Shown one piece after another: positions 37,450 to 50,341 of a DNA stretch of 64,000 nt. The notes under the pieces were generated by a model. The model did not search any database. It saw only the letters and a program-made list of their open reading frames with translations, and was not told the DNA's origin. Within the stretch, counting starts at the first letter, position 1, and every line of letters starts with the position of its first letter. The stretch is from Nemertoderma westbladi (lineage: Eukaryota > Animalia > Xenacoelomorpha), in contig JAUCBJ010002695.1 in NCBI GenBank assembly GCA_032718475.1, forward strand, positions 17,905 through 81,904, read 5' to 3'. Both the position numbers and the translations under genes were made by a program.

Positions 37450-40272
37450 AGGCGCTACTTAACTGCTGCTTGATAAATGCGCGTTCAGTTTGTAACAAAC
37501 TGAGCGATCTAGAATCGCTGCTATGTCCACCAAATTATGATAGTGGATTATGATAGAGGAGTGACAGAATCATGGCTACGTGATTCTGTGACGGACCAAA
37601 TGATAAACGGTGAAAATAAATATGATGTTTTTAGAAATGACAGAATTGGTAAAATTGGTGGCGGGGCAGCGCTGCTAATTCGAAACAGCATTAAATGTCG
37701 CCAAGTGGAAAGTTTCGATACTGAATGTCTGGCTACAGAGGCCGATGTAGTGGCTGTTGATCTTTTAGGTAAAAACCCGTCTCGTATAATCAGTGTCTAT
37801 CGTCCCCGACCTAATTTACCTTCTGATTCTATATTGTGCAATATGTTAGCGAAATTATGCGACATTGAAACGCCGTGTACTATTATTGGCGATTTTAATT
37901 TACCTTTAGTTAAATGGGAAGAATCTAAATTTCCCGACACAGATATATATAAAGTGTTTTCAACGATTGTTTTGGAAGCTGGTTTATCTCAGCTCCAGTT
38001 CAACCCTACACGTGGCAATAACGTTTTAGATTTAGTGTTTACAACAGATCAATTCTATATTTCTAACATTGCAGTTACGGTACCATTCGCAACTAGCGAC
38101 CATAGTACAGTTACTTTTAATCTTTTAGGACCTAATCCAGTTTCCACCGAGAACCGGGAATGCCACGGATTTTACGATTTTAAACATGCTGATTACGCAG
38201 ATTTTACTAACTACATCGACAGTTGCGATTGGTCTAATTTATATCTAACGTGTAATACAGTAGATGATTTTTGGAATGCTTTTTCTTGTAAACTAAAAAC
38301 GGGTATTGATCAGTTTGTGCCTTTTAAACAATTTAAATCAATCATCAAACCCCACCCCGAACATATTCGTGTTCTACAGCACAAAAAGAAACAGCTGTGG
38401 CGTCGCCGGCACACAACCGGGGGCAAAATAGCATATGATCAATGTGCTAAAGAAGTTTCTAAGGAAATCTTCCGTGTGGCTTGCATAAAGGAGAATAAAA
38501 TTTTATCTTCCGAAAATAAGAGTACCCTTTTCAATTACGTTAATTCCAAGCGTAAAGGAAAGTCGGGAATTGCCCCTCTGAAACATAAGGGGGATATAGT
38601 GGTCGATGATTTGATAAAAGCCCATATTTTCGCTGAAGTATTAAGCGAAAATTTTAATTTAGATAATGATAATATACCTAGTTTTAAACGTAGGATTGAT
38701 TCTAGAACCAATTTATCAAAAGTTGATTTCTGTCCCGTTACAGTATATGCTATGCTTAGTAAACTTAAAAAAAAGACCAGCCGTACACCTGACGGATTAC
38801 CGAACATTCTCTTCGCAAATTTGTCTCGCTGCATTGCGGCACCATTATCGGCACTTTTCAAAATTTCTTTTGAATATCACGCTTTACTGACGATATGGCT
38901 TACAGCCAATGTCATTCCGCTATACAAAAAGGGAAATCCGTCAGACCCGTACAATTACAGGCCAGTCTCATTAACATGTGTAGCGTGCAAATTAATGGAA
39001 TCGTGTATAAAGATTGAAATAGTAAATTATTTGTTTAAACATGGTTTAATATGTAAGGCACAACATGGCTTTTTAAAAAAACGCTCTACTTGTTCTCAAC
39101 TTATTGAATGTGTAAAAGATTGGTGTAATTTTCTAGACCGTAAGAAATCCTTTGATGTAATATACATAGACTATGCCAAGGCTTTTGATTCTATTATACA
39201 TTCAAAGCTATTGATTAAATTGTCAAGTTATGGGATTTTGGGCGACCTATTATCTTGGCTATCGGCATTTCTCAGTAACAGAACCCAAAGAATAGTTGTT
39301 GGAGATAAATATTCCGACTACTGTCGGGTCGTATCCGGAACAATACAGGGCAGTGTCCTCGGACCGGTTTTGTTCCTGATATACATAAACGACTTACCAC
39401 CGCTTTTGGACAGGGATAACGTGTCCTGCCGTTTATTTGCCGATGATGTCAAGCTATGGTCCGTCCAATGAAAGTCATAGTCTGAACGCTAGCCTCTCTA
39501 GGTTAGAGACCTGGGCCAACCTCTGGCAGCTAAATATAGCCCCGGATAAATGTATGGTTCTACATATAGGTGCAAATAATAATAATTACAATTATGTGCT
39601 AGGCAATAAAGTGATAAAGAAGGTGACGAAATGTAAAGATTTAGGTATTATTATATCTGCGGATTTGAAGTTTGATAAATACTGTAAACAACAGTGTACA
39701 AAGGCTTTTAACATAACTAATATGATATTTCGTTGCTTTAAGACTAGCAATAAAGGTGCAATATTAACAGCCTATAAATCATACGTTAGACCGATTCTAG
39801 AATACTGTACACCAGTATGGTCGCCTTTTTCATTAGGCAGTATTGATCTTGTGGAGAGTGTCCAGCGATATTTTACACGTAGATTGTATAGCCGTTGCAA
39901 TATTAGTGGTACAAACCGTACATACATAGAATACAACACCTTAATTTACAACCGCTGGAAGTCCGACGATATATTTTTGATCTAAAGTTACTTTTCAGCA
40001 TAGAGAGAAATTTAGTTGATTTAGATTTTGGTGCGCTATTTAGCTATACTAACCGTCCGGGTCTGCGTGGCCACTCTCACAAGTTAAATGTACCTAGATG
40101 TAGATTAATTATATCTAAAAACTCATTTACCAGCCGTGTTGTGCCAGTCTGGAATGATTTGCCAGAAGATATAGTAGATTCCAGAACACTTGTCAGTTTT
40201 GCGACCAAGCTCAAGAACCACGATTTCCTACCAATTTGCAAATTTAATCGACCACTTATCGGTCGCTCGTAA
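37450..40272 (+). pseudogene. LINE ORF2: APE endonuclease and RT, frameshifted
   Basis: INARSV; VTESW; GDFNLP; LDLVF; SDH; YRPVSLT; QHGF; IDYAKAFD; QGSVLGP; FADD; KDLG; RPILEY; VQRYFTR. Confidence 0.95.
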
Positions 40273-40799
40273 TAAATGTTTCTGGGTTCTACGGTATGTA
40301 CAGTTAATTTTATTCGTATTTCTTTTTAAATATTTTTTTTATTTAAGCTGATGTAAATTTTAATGTTTAGTGATTTTAAATTTTGTTTTTTTTTTATTAA
40401 CCCCCGTAAGCGCTGATACGCCTGGCTGGTTTTTCTCCCTCCACTAATTATGTTTTATCTTACTTCACGTGCAACAAATAGTTATAATATGATGTAATAA
40501 AGGAGTGTTGACTAATAACTAACAGTGAGTTGTTAGTCTTTCTGAAAAAAAAAAAAAAAAAAATCTCCGAGCCAGCTAGCAGCTCTACACCCCAACAGAG
40601 ACTATGTTGACCAATAATGGGCAGGATTAAATTTGTACTCAATAATTATGCTGCTTTAATTAGGGGTAGGCTATAAGGCAGAGAAACAAGTGACTGTCTT
40701 CAAATTGAGAAGAGTCGTGGCTCATTTGAACCAGTTCATTGAGCTGGTCATTATGACATATTTCATGCTGAATTGAGGAATTGCTAGCATCTTGAATAT

Positions 40800-41249
40800 A
40801 TGCTGGGCTCTAACTGCTGAAGACACCAAATCTCTGGATGGCACATTCACAAGAATGCTACGCCGGGTTCATTGTGTCAAGTACAATGCACACATCTCCA
40901 ACCAGACACTATATAACATTGGAGGTGTCTCATTGGTTCCCCCAAGCTTGACACTAGAACAAAATCGCCTCCGCTTTGCAGGACATTGCTTTCGCCGTGA
41001 GGACCAGCCAGTGCATAATCTTGTACTTTGGCAGCCTCATGGAGTGAATAAGCATGGTGGACAGCCCATGACTTTCTTGAGACGCATCTTAAAGGACACT
41101 GGCCTTAAAGATGCAGATGATCTAGCAAATGTCATGGGTGATAGGGAGTTGTGGCGGTGCAATTTTGTTGACAAGCCGGCACAGCATTCTTAAAAATGCA
41201 GCTGCAATGCAGCATGCCGATCCTAGTTGTAGTAGTAGTAGTACTAGTA
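40800..41249 (+). mobile_element. RTE-type LINE 3' fragment, same family as 23079-23634
   Basis: Near-identical sequence and a (TAG)n tail. Confidence 0.92.
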
Positions 41250-41519
41250 GCATCTTGAAGTTTTCGTTCCACCGATGTTTTTTTCTAAAAATTCTTATCT
41301 ACTGCTATCCAATTGAAATTTCTTTGTACTGTATTTAAAATATATAGATAAATAATGAAGATTATTGTTTGCACCCTATATATCATATCATGGTGCTGCT
41401 CTAATTTATATTAATTCAAATTAATAAAATGACAAAAACAATGCACTGATCACAGGCCAGTTGCTAAGTTCAAATATATTGGAGCGGCCCTTAATATTCC
41501 AGTTACCGACAACATTACA

Positions 41520-44500
41520 AGGGAGAATTATTGTACATGTTGAACAGTTTGTATATCCACTTTATTTGGGTGTTTCCATCTGAAAGAGTCTGAAGGTTCT
41601 GCAGAACATCTGCATAAGTGTTCCATGTCAATCTTTCAAATTTTCATCTCATTATTTAAACCCAGACAAATTGCAACAAACCAATTGCGTCCAATTGGCT
41701 CATCCCAAATAACAATCTTTATGTTATTTATCTGTACTTCTCCCTGTGGATCAGCATCAGGCACAGGTTGAGGAACTGCTGCATCCGAATGTAAGTCTGT
41801 ATCAAGCTGGTTGATGACACTGAACAAGGCTATCAAATCTTCTTCATAGAGAATTGGGTATTATTCATCTTTGGGTTCTACTGGGTCATTTGCGATGATT
41901 ATTGCTAAGTGCGCTTTCATTTCAGTGATGGATATCTGGTTCAACTTGTAGAATCTTGGCCTTCGTTGATAATCATTAGGGGAGGAATGTCTTCGGTATG
42001 AGATCTCAGTCCTCAATACAGTTTTTAATTGTTCATCATTGTTCTTATATTTCAATATACAATTCTCGAGTTCCTCAATATAGGTAAAAGGACCACCCCA
42101 AGATTTACATCGACGTAACTGGTTGGTAGCATATTCAATAGCAGTTCTCTCTTTATTTTTTGCTTCCAGAAGTTTTTCTTTACGAACATAATCTTGATCC
42201 TTTATCCAAGCCTTTTCACGATCATCGAGAACCTGTAATTGAACAAAAAATAGAAGAATATTGGAAATGTTTTTAAGGTATAATGTACTTCATGGACATA
42301 AGATACCGGTGCTGTAGACAAGTTGGATCACACATGCATATATATATATATATGTATTTCCAATGGCTAATGCAAGAAGTAATCTTAATAATAATAACAC
42401 TCACCCTTGTAATATGTTTAGTGGCTCTTTCAACTCCGGTTATTGAAGATGCCTTGAATAAAGTCATTTCATATTTTATTCCCTTTGCAGTGAAGTGTCG
42501 TGAGGAGCAACTAGCAGATCTTTTGCAGAGTCAATCAAACTGAGAAAGGTCCCGCTCTGCCTCTAAGTTGTTTACTGAAAGTCCATCTAACTCTGATGGA
42601 GATAAATCACTAAGCACTGTTGCTCTCGGCTGTCGATATGGTTCTGAGAAACCATATTCTCTACCACGTTGAGTTTGCAGATCTTTTGCTGCTTGTTGGC
42701 AAAACAGGTTTATAAAGAGTAGAACCAGATCATTAGGCTTCTTGATGATGAATGAATAGTCAACCATATAGTTTATGAGAGTGTCCATAAACGAGTGTAC
42801 ATTAACAAACGACTAATCAAATCTACTGGAAGCATATTACCACAACTCAACCGCCCACATGAGAACAGGCATAAGGGTGTACACTGAACCTATCAAACTC
42901 GGCAAAGGAATACGGCAAGGAGGCATACTATCTGCCTGGCTCTTAAATTTCTACTTACAAGACCTCTTCGAGACCCTAGGAGAATCTGGGCTAGGACTAC
43001 ATCTCGGCACAGAATCTTACCCGGCCCTTGGTTACGCCGACGACCTATTGTTGCTAGCAAACCTTAAGGATGATCTCCAACAACAAATCGACATATGCAC
43101 CACGTTCTTTGCCAGAAATGGCCTCATTATAAACACTAAAAAATCGCATTACGTAAGATGTACCGGTACACAACCAAAAACAACACCAATTGAAGGTACG
43201 CAACCAAAAACAACACCAATTGAAGGCTACACCATACAAGTAGGATCAGTTTTCCTACGCGAGGAGGCCAGCTGTAAATACCTAGGTTTACCACTTCCAG
43301 GTGCACCGCAAACGATCAGAGACCACATAACCAAGCGCTGCTGGTGGATCGTATCAAGGACGCGATCACGGGGCCTAACAGCCCACGACGTACCTCTACA
43401 AATCACCAAAAATATCTGGAACACAATCTGCCTCCCGTCTATCGCATATGGTATTGCAAATATGGATGATGCCTCTGTGACCCAACTATCAATAGTAATG
43501 CGAAAGGCGATGAGATCGATCATTGGCGTGGGGAACTACGTCTCAAACAACACCCTACATAATCTGTTGCGATGCGACGACCTGGAATCAATCATCGCAC
43601 ACAGCAGATGTAGACTCCTGTACAGCGCCGTAAACTCAGGAAACATAAAAATTGCACATCTCTACACAACACTGCTTAGCCAACACCTATGCTATACCTG
43701 CACAGAACCAACTTTTGTCGAATACTCCATTGCGAGTTGGAGGAGTAACCTACCCACCCTACGCAGCATCGTAACAGCCTCCTACAACATAAAACTGGTG
43801 ATCAAGGGCTCACGAAAACACTGCAAGCCCATCCTGAGCACCAAGGACTGCTTCAACACGTGGTATCTCGAAAGTAACCTAAATATTCCAAACGCAAACT
43901 ACTCCATAAAGAACCAATGCATACGAGACTACTACAAGCTGCCGACACTCGACGCAAACAACCAAACAGGTTTCACACGGACTCACGTTCAACTCCACCA
44001 CATAACAAGCACACAAATCACACGCATTTCCGATCATGACAAATACTATTTGATTTCCTAATTCCCACCTCCCTATAGTCTATAATTATATTCATTTGTT
44101 TTGGTGCATACAAACAACACTTGTGCCTTCAACAACCCTGTGTGTAATAGTTACACCCGTACACCTTATAGACACTACCATCAGACATCGTATACCCACT
44201 AATTATACAGGTAACATGTGACTACAATGTAATGTAACCAATAGCATTGTTAATTTTGATTTTGTCGATTGTGTTCTGTTCCGTTTTTACTTGACCGACC
44301 ATTTTATACAATAATAGCCGCCGGGGCCTCAAGCCGGTAGGTAATATAATTAAAAAAATAGTTGCAAGCTTTTAAATCTTTATACAGTTTGGGCAGGAAC
44401 TGCACCAAGTCGTTCTGTGTTGACTTTTCAACCATATTCAAAAAGGGCATTGTCACCTTCATTGTGAACAATGCCAAGCTTAGCAATTCTGCTTCAATCA

Positions 44501-46200
44501 ATGGGTGCTCTACATAAAGCTTACAAGTCTGAACCAGGAAATTCTTTCGTGTAGTATTATTCAACAACTCACGGATATCATCAAGATGGTAAATAATTGC
44601 AGCTGCTGTATATCCTAGCTTTGCAAATCTTCTTTCAGTATAGATACTGAACTTCTTTGAACGATTACTTTGGATAACCTGAAGATCAAATTCCTCCCAC
44701 AAAGATGATTGTTGACCATCATTTGTCACAAGTTTCTGGATGGCTACTATGACAGCTAATGCAACACTTTTTTTTTCTGGGATGAAGGATTTTAGTACTG
44801 GAAGCCGAGATAACAAAGCCTGCTTCAGATTCGCCTTGTTTTCGAGCTCTAAAATAACTTTTAAGTTTCCTCGATCAAAAACCTCACATGTATGTGAAAC
44901 ACACAGCAATTGTAATGGTATATGATGTGTAAGCAATGTTTGTGCAACCATCTCTGCAACATTCAATTTTTTGGAGACACTGTCTGTCATTAGGGCATTC
45001 ATTTTTTTCCATAGAGCTACTGCAGTTGACTCTCCTGCAATTGCCAAGCGATTAAGAACTTCAACAAGCAGTGTTGTAATTGATTCTCTTGTTTCCCGAC
45101 CCAGAGTATGCGGACGAACTCTAAATGATTTCCCATTAGATAGTTTCATTATGACTGCGGGCCAGTCTCCTTCAATTCGTCTCCTTTTTGTTGTATCAAA
45201 GTGTAGTGTGATTTTGTCACCCTCTGAAGCATCAAGAATTCCAAGAGCTGCATTTCTCTCCTCCTGAATTGCCAACAAGTGTTTTTGGTTATCAATTACT
45301 CTTATACTGGGTAGCACATTGGCATACCGCAAATAATCAGATGCTTTGCGTGGAAGCGACTTTTCGGGCTCAAGTCCAGGCTCATGATCACCTTCATTTG
45401 ATCCATCATCTGCAGTCAGCTGGTATCTATGGCCAAATATAATTTCTGTTGTAGCTTGAAAAGCACGGCAACTTTGTTCAATAGTAATGGCTGCCCTAGC
45501 ACATGCAGCAGCCAAACCTGTCTTTACACTGGGAAGGAAGTTTCGAAACCCCGATCTCAACTGGAACATGGATGGGTTTAGTACATAATCAGTTTGTGTA
45601 TAGGCATTTATGGTAGGTTTACTATCACGTACTAAACCAGAACGATTGAGTGATTGGTCAAGTCTGACATTGCTCAATATGGGACTACTCAAAACTAAAT
45701 CCTCTTCATCGAATTCTTCAGCTTCCATTTCAGCTGCTGCCTGCTTAGCAATAGCTTCTGCTGCACGTTTCTCTTCATATTCTTTGTCTAACTTGTCACA
45801 CAATGCCATTCGACGGGGCCCCATCTGATCAAAATAAAATTCTCGTTCTGGTCCATTTTTCAGGATCTACATTTTTACCTAGCAGATCTAAGAGCTTTTT
45901 GTGGTCCCCTTTCCAAATTGTAAGATTTTGCCTCCTTGAACCAGTTTTCTTGCACTGAACCTGAGTTCGATATGTTTTCAAAAATCCATCCAACTTGTAT
46001 CTGATGTTCCGGATAGTCATGACTGTCCCTTCACCAAAGGCCTTTTGCCACTGGAAATTCAGAGCCTTTGCACAGTTCATAATCATGCTGCTTTTGACTC
46101 CCATACGTTGGGGCATGTTCTATAATAGCCATAACACAATCTGACACCATTGGTAAATAGTCACCAAAGACAAAGAGAATCACATCTGGCATGGTTAGAA
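41520..46200 (-). pseudogene. hAT-superfamily (hATx-like) transposase, split by a LINE fragment; coding pieces ~46200-44360 and ~42790-41520
   Basis: LHFDTT…MTDS…LLCVSH (CxxH)…RRFAKLG…PFLNMVE, then RGREYGF…NNLEAER after the insertion. Candidate GGGGTAG termini near 40663 and 46545. Confidence 0.75.
42790..44358 (+). mobile_element. 5'-truncated non-LTR retrotransposon (RT C-terminal half, ORF 42859-44061; clade uncertain, RTE-X-like)
   Basis: GIRQGGILS; LGYADDL; KYLG; 3' UTR ending in a CCGG…CCGG hairpin and an A-rich tail. Confidence 0.85.
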
Positions 46201-46619
46201 TTATAAAGCAATTGATACATCCGGTTCGAGCCGGTATTCCTGTTTTAATCTTTACGGGTATATTAGCTTTTAATATTTAATATGTAAAAATTACAAAGAT
46301 AGGCCTACCTAAAGCAGTACACTAGCTATATACTTCTGTTCTACTAAACAGAAACAGCTGAAAAGAAACAGCTGTTGAAACCGTACCATCTACACCGGGA
46401 GCCACAATGGGTTCTTAGAAATGTTACCTACACAAAGAAATTACTTAAATTACCAGCCAAGGTGGGATCTTAACAATTTCAGCTATAAAACATGATCCAG
46501 CTTTAAAAGTACTGAGAATTGGAGCCTGGGACCCGTCTCTACCCCCATTAAGTCGATAATTGCTGATCGAATGAGACGAAAATGAGGTGCATAGTGTTAC
46601 TGGAAGTTTGCATTATCTC

Positions 46620-49600
46620 TTTCGTGGAAAAGGCATTAGTCGCAATGAGTGTGAAAGTTAGCGGAGCGGTCTCCGGAACGGTATCCCGCTGCCTGTGCTA
46701 CCCTATTGCCTACACTATCTCTCCCAGCATGGCCTATAGTATGTGCAGTAATGCCTACAGTATGTTCTGCAGTCTGCCTGTGTCCTTCCGGACCGAAGTT
46801 TAATCTTCTCGAGTATTCCAAGAAGTCCTCCCCGTGACTACCATATTCTCGATCGGCAGCTACGTTCCGACGGGAAGTTTCTCTTCGATCCCCTCTTCTG
46901 TCTTCATCCTCGTACCGGTACATTCTGTACCCCTCTCCCGGTGTGTGGTATATCTCACCAGGTTGTGTTTCTCCGGGGCGATGGCAATCTCCCGGAGTAT
47001 GACCGCACCAGTTCCCTGTCTCCATCTCGATTACTGACGGTTCACTGTCCGTCCTTCCCCTCCGGTTGCTCGTAGCAACGCTCCCTCGATTCTTCTCACC
47101 TCGTCCGATTCCAGTGCAGTGTTCCTCCTCGTGAGATCTCGCTTCGACCTCCCGTATAAACTCCACTGTTCTCCTTCCATCTTCCGACTGGGCTCGACGT
47201 TTTCTCGCTCGCCCGCTCACGGCGCCAACGTCTCTCTCTCTCTGCCCGGTTGGACGGCCCTGGGGATATTCGTATTCCCCCTACTATTCTCTATCGTCGG
47301 GTGCCGCGGTTCACTTAGCTCACCGCGCGCATTATCCGCCGATGCTTGTGGGACATTCTCTGCCCCCCCCCCTCTCGCCCGCCATCGGGTGCCACGGTTC
47401 ACTCAACTCACCACGCAGACTACCTGTCGACGCTCATGGGACATTCTCTGCCCCCCCCCCCCTTCCTCTCTCCGCTAATCGCTTGTGGTGGGGTACCCAT
47501 AGCCCCCCCACCCCCCCGGCTGTCACATCTTACTTCGCCCCTACGCCCCCCTCTAGTCGATGCATTATCTCTACCCTCACTGGATTTATTCACACCCTCT
47601 CCTCCCTGCGCAACTGCATGGCCTTGCAGGCTCTCATTGCTGGGTTTATTCGCCCCCGCTCCCCCCTGCGCAACTGCATGGCCTTGCAGGCTCTCATTCG
47701 CCGGCTCGATTGTTCCCCCTACATTTGTATTAATTGCACTGTTAGAAATTTCGCTCTGGTTTGTTACACCGTTATTAATGATATTACTTTGATTAATTAC
47801 TTCGGGGTTATTTATTATATTATTATTACCTAAATTATTATTTAAATTATTTTGTTCGGCATTATTTATATTATTATTTAAATTATTTTGCACATTTAAA
47901 TTAGGATTATTATTACCGGGTAAAATATTATTTCCTGCAAAAAAGGTTTGGTTAGTGTTATATATTATGGTACTATTAATATTAACTCCCTCTAGCATAT
48001 TATTATTACCCCCCCCCCCCCCCCCCCCCCCCGCCCGTACAGTCACACCAGTCTTGGGTCTTGCATCCGGTACCTGTAAGTGGGGTATTAACAAAGGTTT
48101 CCATCGCCTCTGGTTCTTTGTAAATACTACCCGAACCAGCCTCGCTCTCTGATAAACCCATTTTTGCCAGCTCTAACCGGCGCTTTTGTTTCGCTTGATA
48201 TGGCATTAACCCCCTCAGCGAGGTATGCATACCATGCCGCAACCGTTTACCCACCCTTTCTCTCTCTCTATCCTCCCTCAAACGCTGGTTGGCTAATTAT
48301 GCCTTCCTCGCCTCCCGCTCTCTACGCTCGTTCACTTCTCTCTCAATCCTCTCAGCCCTCCTCGCTTCCCGCTCTTTGCGCTCGTTCACCTCCTGCTCTT
48401 TGCGCTCGCTTTCCACTCTCTCCTCCCACTCTTTGCGCTCGCTTTCCATTCTCTGCTCCCGTTCTTCACGCTTGTTTATCTCTATCTCCTCCCGCTCCCT
48501 ATAGTTTCTTGCCACCCTCTCTGCCCTCTCCTTACACTCTCTCGCTAATTCTCTCTCCCTCTCTAGCAACGCAGTTCCCTCATCCAACTGCCTTTCCAGT
48601 TCCTTTTGATCCAGCGCAACAGTGTCTAGTTGACACGCCAGATCTATCTCTAACACCCATCTTGCTTTCGCGGCGGATGTAGCAGACTTATCGGTCGCGA
48701 CAGACTCCCGTCGCCTCTCTGTCCTACTAATTTTCCCTCATTTGCTGGGGTTCCTACTAACCGACGACACCGAATCTTCGGGGTTAACTTGCCGTTGTAC
48801 GGGTCCGCCCATCACACTAATTTAATTCCCCTGGCATCCACTAAGTAAGGCTCTACATACACCACATCCGGCTCCATCACCTCGGACCGCCACAATTCAA
48901 ATAGTTCTGTGGCGACCCCATCGCCCTCTCACTCACCAGTTCTCCCTGACCAAAACGGACTAAATAACGAAAATGTTTATTGGACTCACCTAGCCTCTGA
49001 TATAGTTTAGGCTGGTCTACCTTTCTCCCCTCCTTAGCGTCCTTTAAGTATCTTCTAAGATAAGGTAAGCCCGTCGCAGGCGATCACTCATCCCGACATC
49101 CTCCTTGTTGACTCTACCTTCCCTCCTCATCCGGCGTCGTACCGTCGGCCCCACCGTCGCCGTTCCGGTGGGCCATTCGTCGCCCTCGGCTTGTGGTTGG
49201 CCGGCAACTTCGGTACTCCAAGCGCTGTCGTCACCTCGTGTCGACTCCTTGTTAACCTTCCCTCCTCGTTGTCAGCCACCCTCGTTGGCGAATCCAGGGT
49301 GGCGGGCCGGTATCGTCTCGTCACGGCTTCTCGGATAGTTTGGTTGGTGTCGTCCGGGGTCCGCGTCGGCATTCTTTTTCCCTCTGATTCTCGGGGCGTC
49401 TGTTCACTCATCTTTGGGCCTTCTGTCTTCTAACTGTTCTCCTCGGGTTGTGGTCACAGCTGTTCAGTTGTTGGTAGTTTTGACTAGTTTTGACTGTGAC
49501 GGGATCGAGTCTGAGATCCCGACTGGGTAAGATTGTACGCGTCACTTGGCTGCTGGGCTGCTGAGCTAATATCTTTGGCCGAAGGCCGTTGAGGAAAATA

Positions 49601-50136
49601 ACAGAGTTTGTTTCTCAGTGTTAATAATCTCAGAAATAATAGCACAGTCAGATGTATACAGGTATAGTAACAATAATCAATATAGCATAAATGACGACAG
49701 CAACATATGAAATGACGGTCAAAACTATGCCGGTCCGCAACTGTGTGATTAATGAACTGACCGGTAAATCAGTAATCAGAGTAACTATATGGTTGATACA
49801 TATTGGTTTCACCTCAATGCTACTGTGGCCTTTGGTACCCAATGGATGCCCTTATATCCTTCCCCACATGCTTCCCTGCCCGCTATTGGCTTATATACTA
49901 ATTGTCACTTCGCCACTCCCTGTAGGTGTTACTCCCTGGTGCTAGTCCCGCTAGCTGGGTTGTCCCTCTGAGGTGGTTTAACCTCGCACCTCTCTCTGTG
50001 GCTTAGGGCGTGTGTCGCCCTCCGAGTTGGTTGTGAGGCGAGATTATTATTGGTAGTCTCGCATCGCCAACTATATTGGTAAAATGACACTGGTCCCATT
50101 TTCGGTGGGTGGTGTAGGGAATTGAATCCGCTTACA
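46620..50136 (-). mobile_element. Second, diverged member of the same BEL/Pao family: 5' LTR (49495-50136) and gag N-terminal extension only
   Basis: The LTR starts TGTAAGCGGATTCAATTCC and ends CCCGTCACA. LEIDLACQLD, MGLSESEAGSGS and the Asn-rich segment are homologous to 17100-19870. Confidence 0.92.
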
Positions 50137-50341
50137 ATAATTATACTTTAACAATAGCGCTAAAGTGAGTTAAAATTTAAATTGGTTAATAAAGCGTACT
50201 ATTATTTAAATAATAAAACGTATGTACATTTATTATTAAATCTAATACTACAACTAATACCTGCAACTAATTATTTGAATTAACCAATACCCGTTCCCAC
50301 GATCGAGAACCTACATAGAACTCAATCGTTTTACAGTTAGT

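Larger units (their letters stand above)
35798..40563 (+). mobile_element. CR1/L2-group LINE, near full length, with poly(A) tail
   Basis: ORF1, ORF2 and an A-run at 40545-40563. It interrupts ACACCAACA|TCTCC, which is intact near 33630. Confidence 0.92.
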
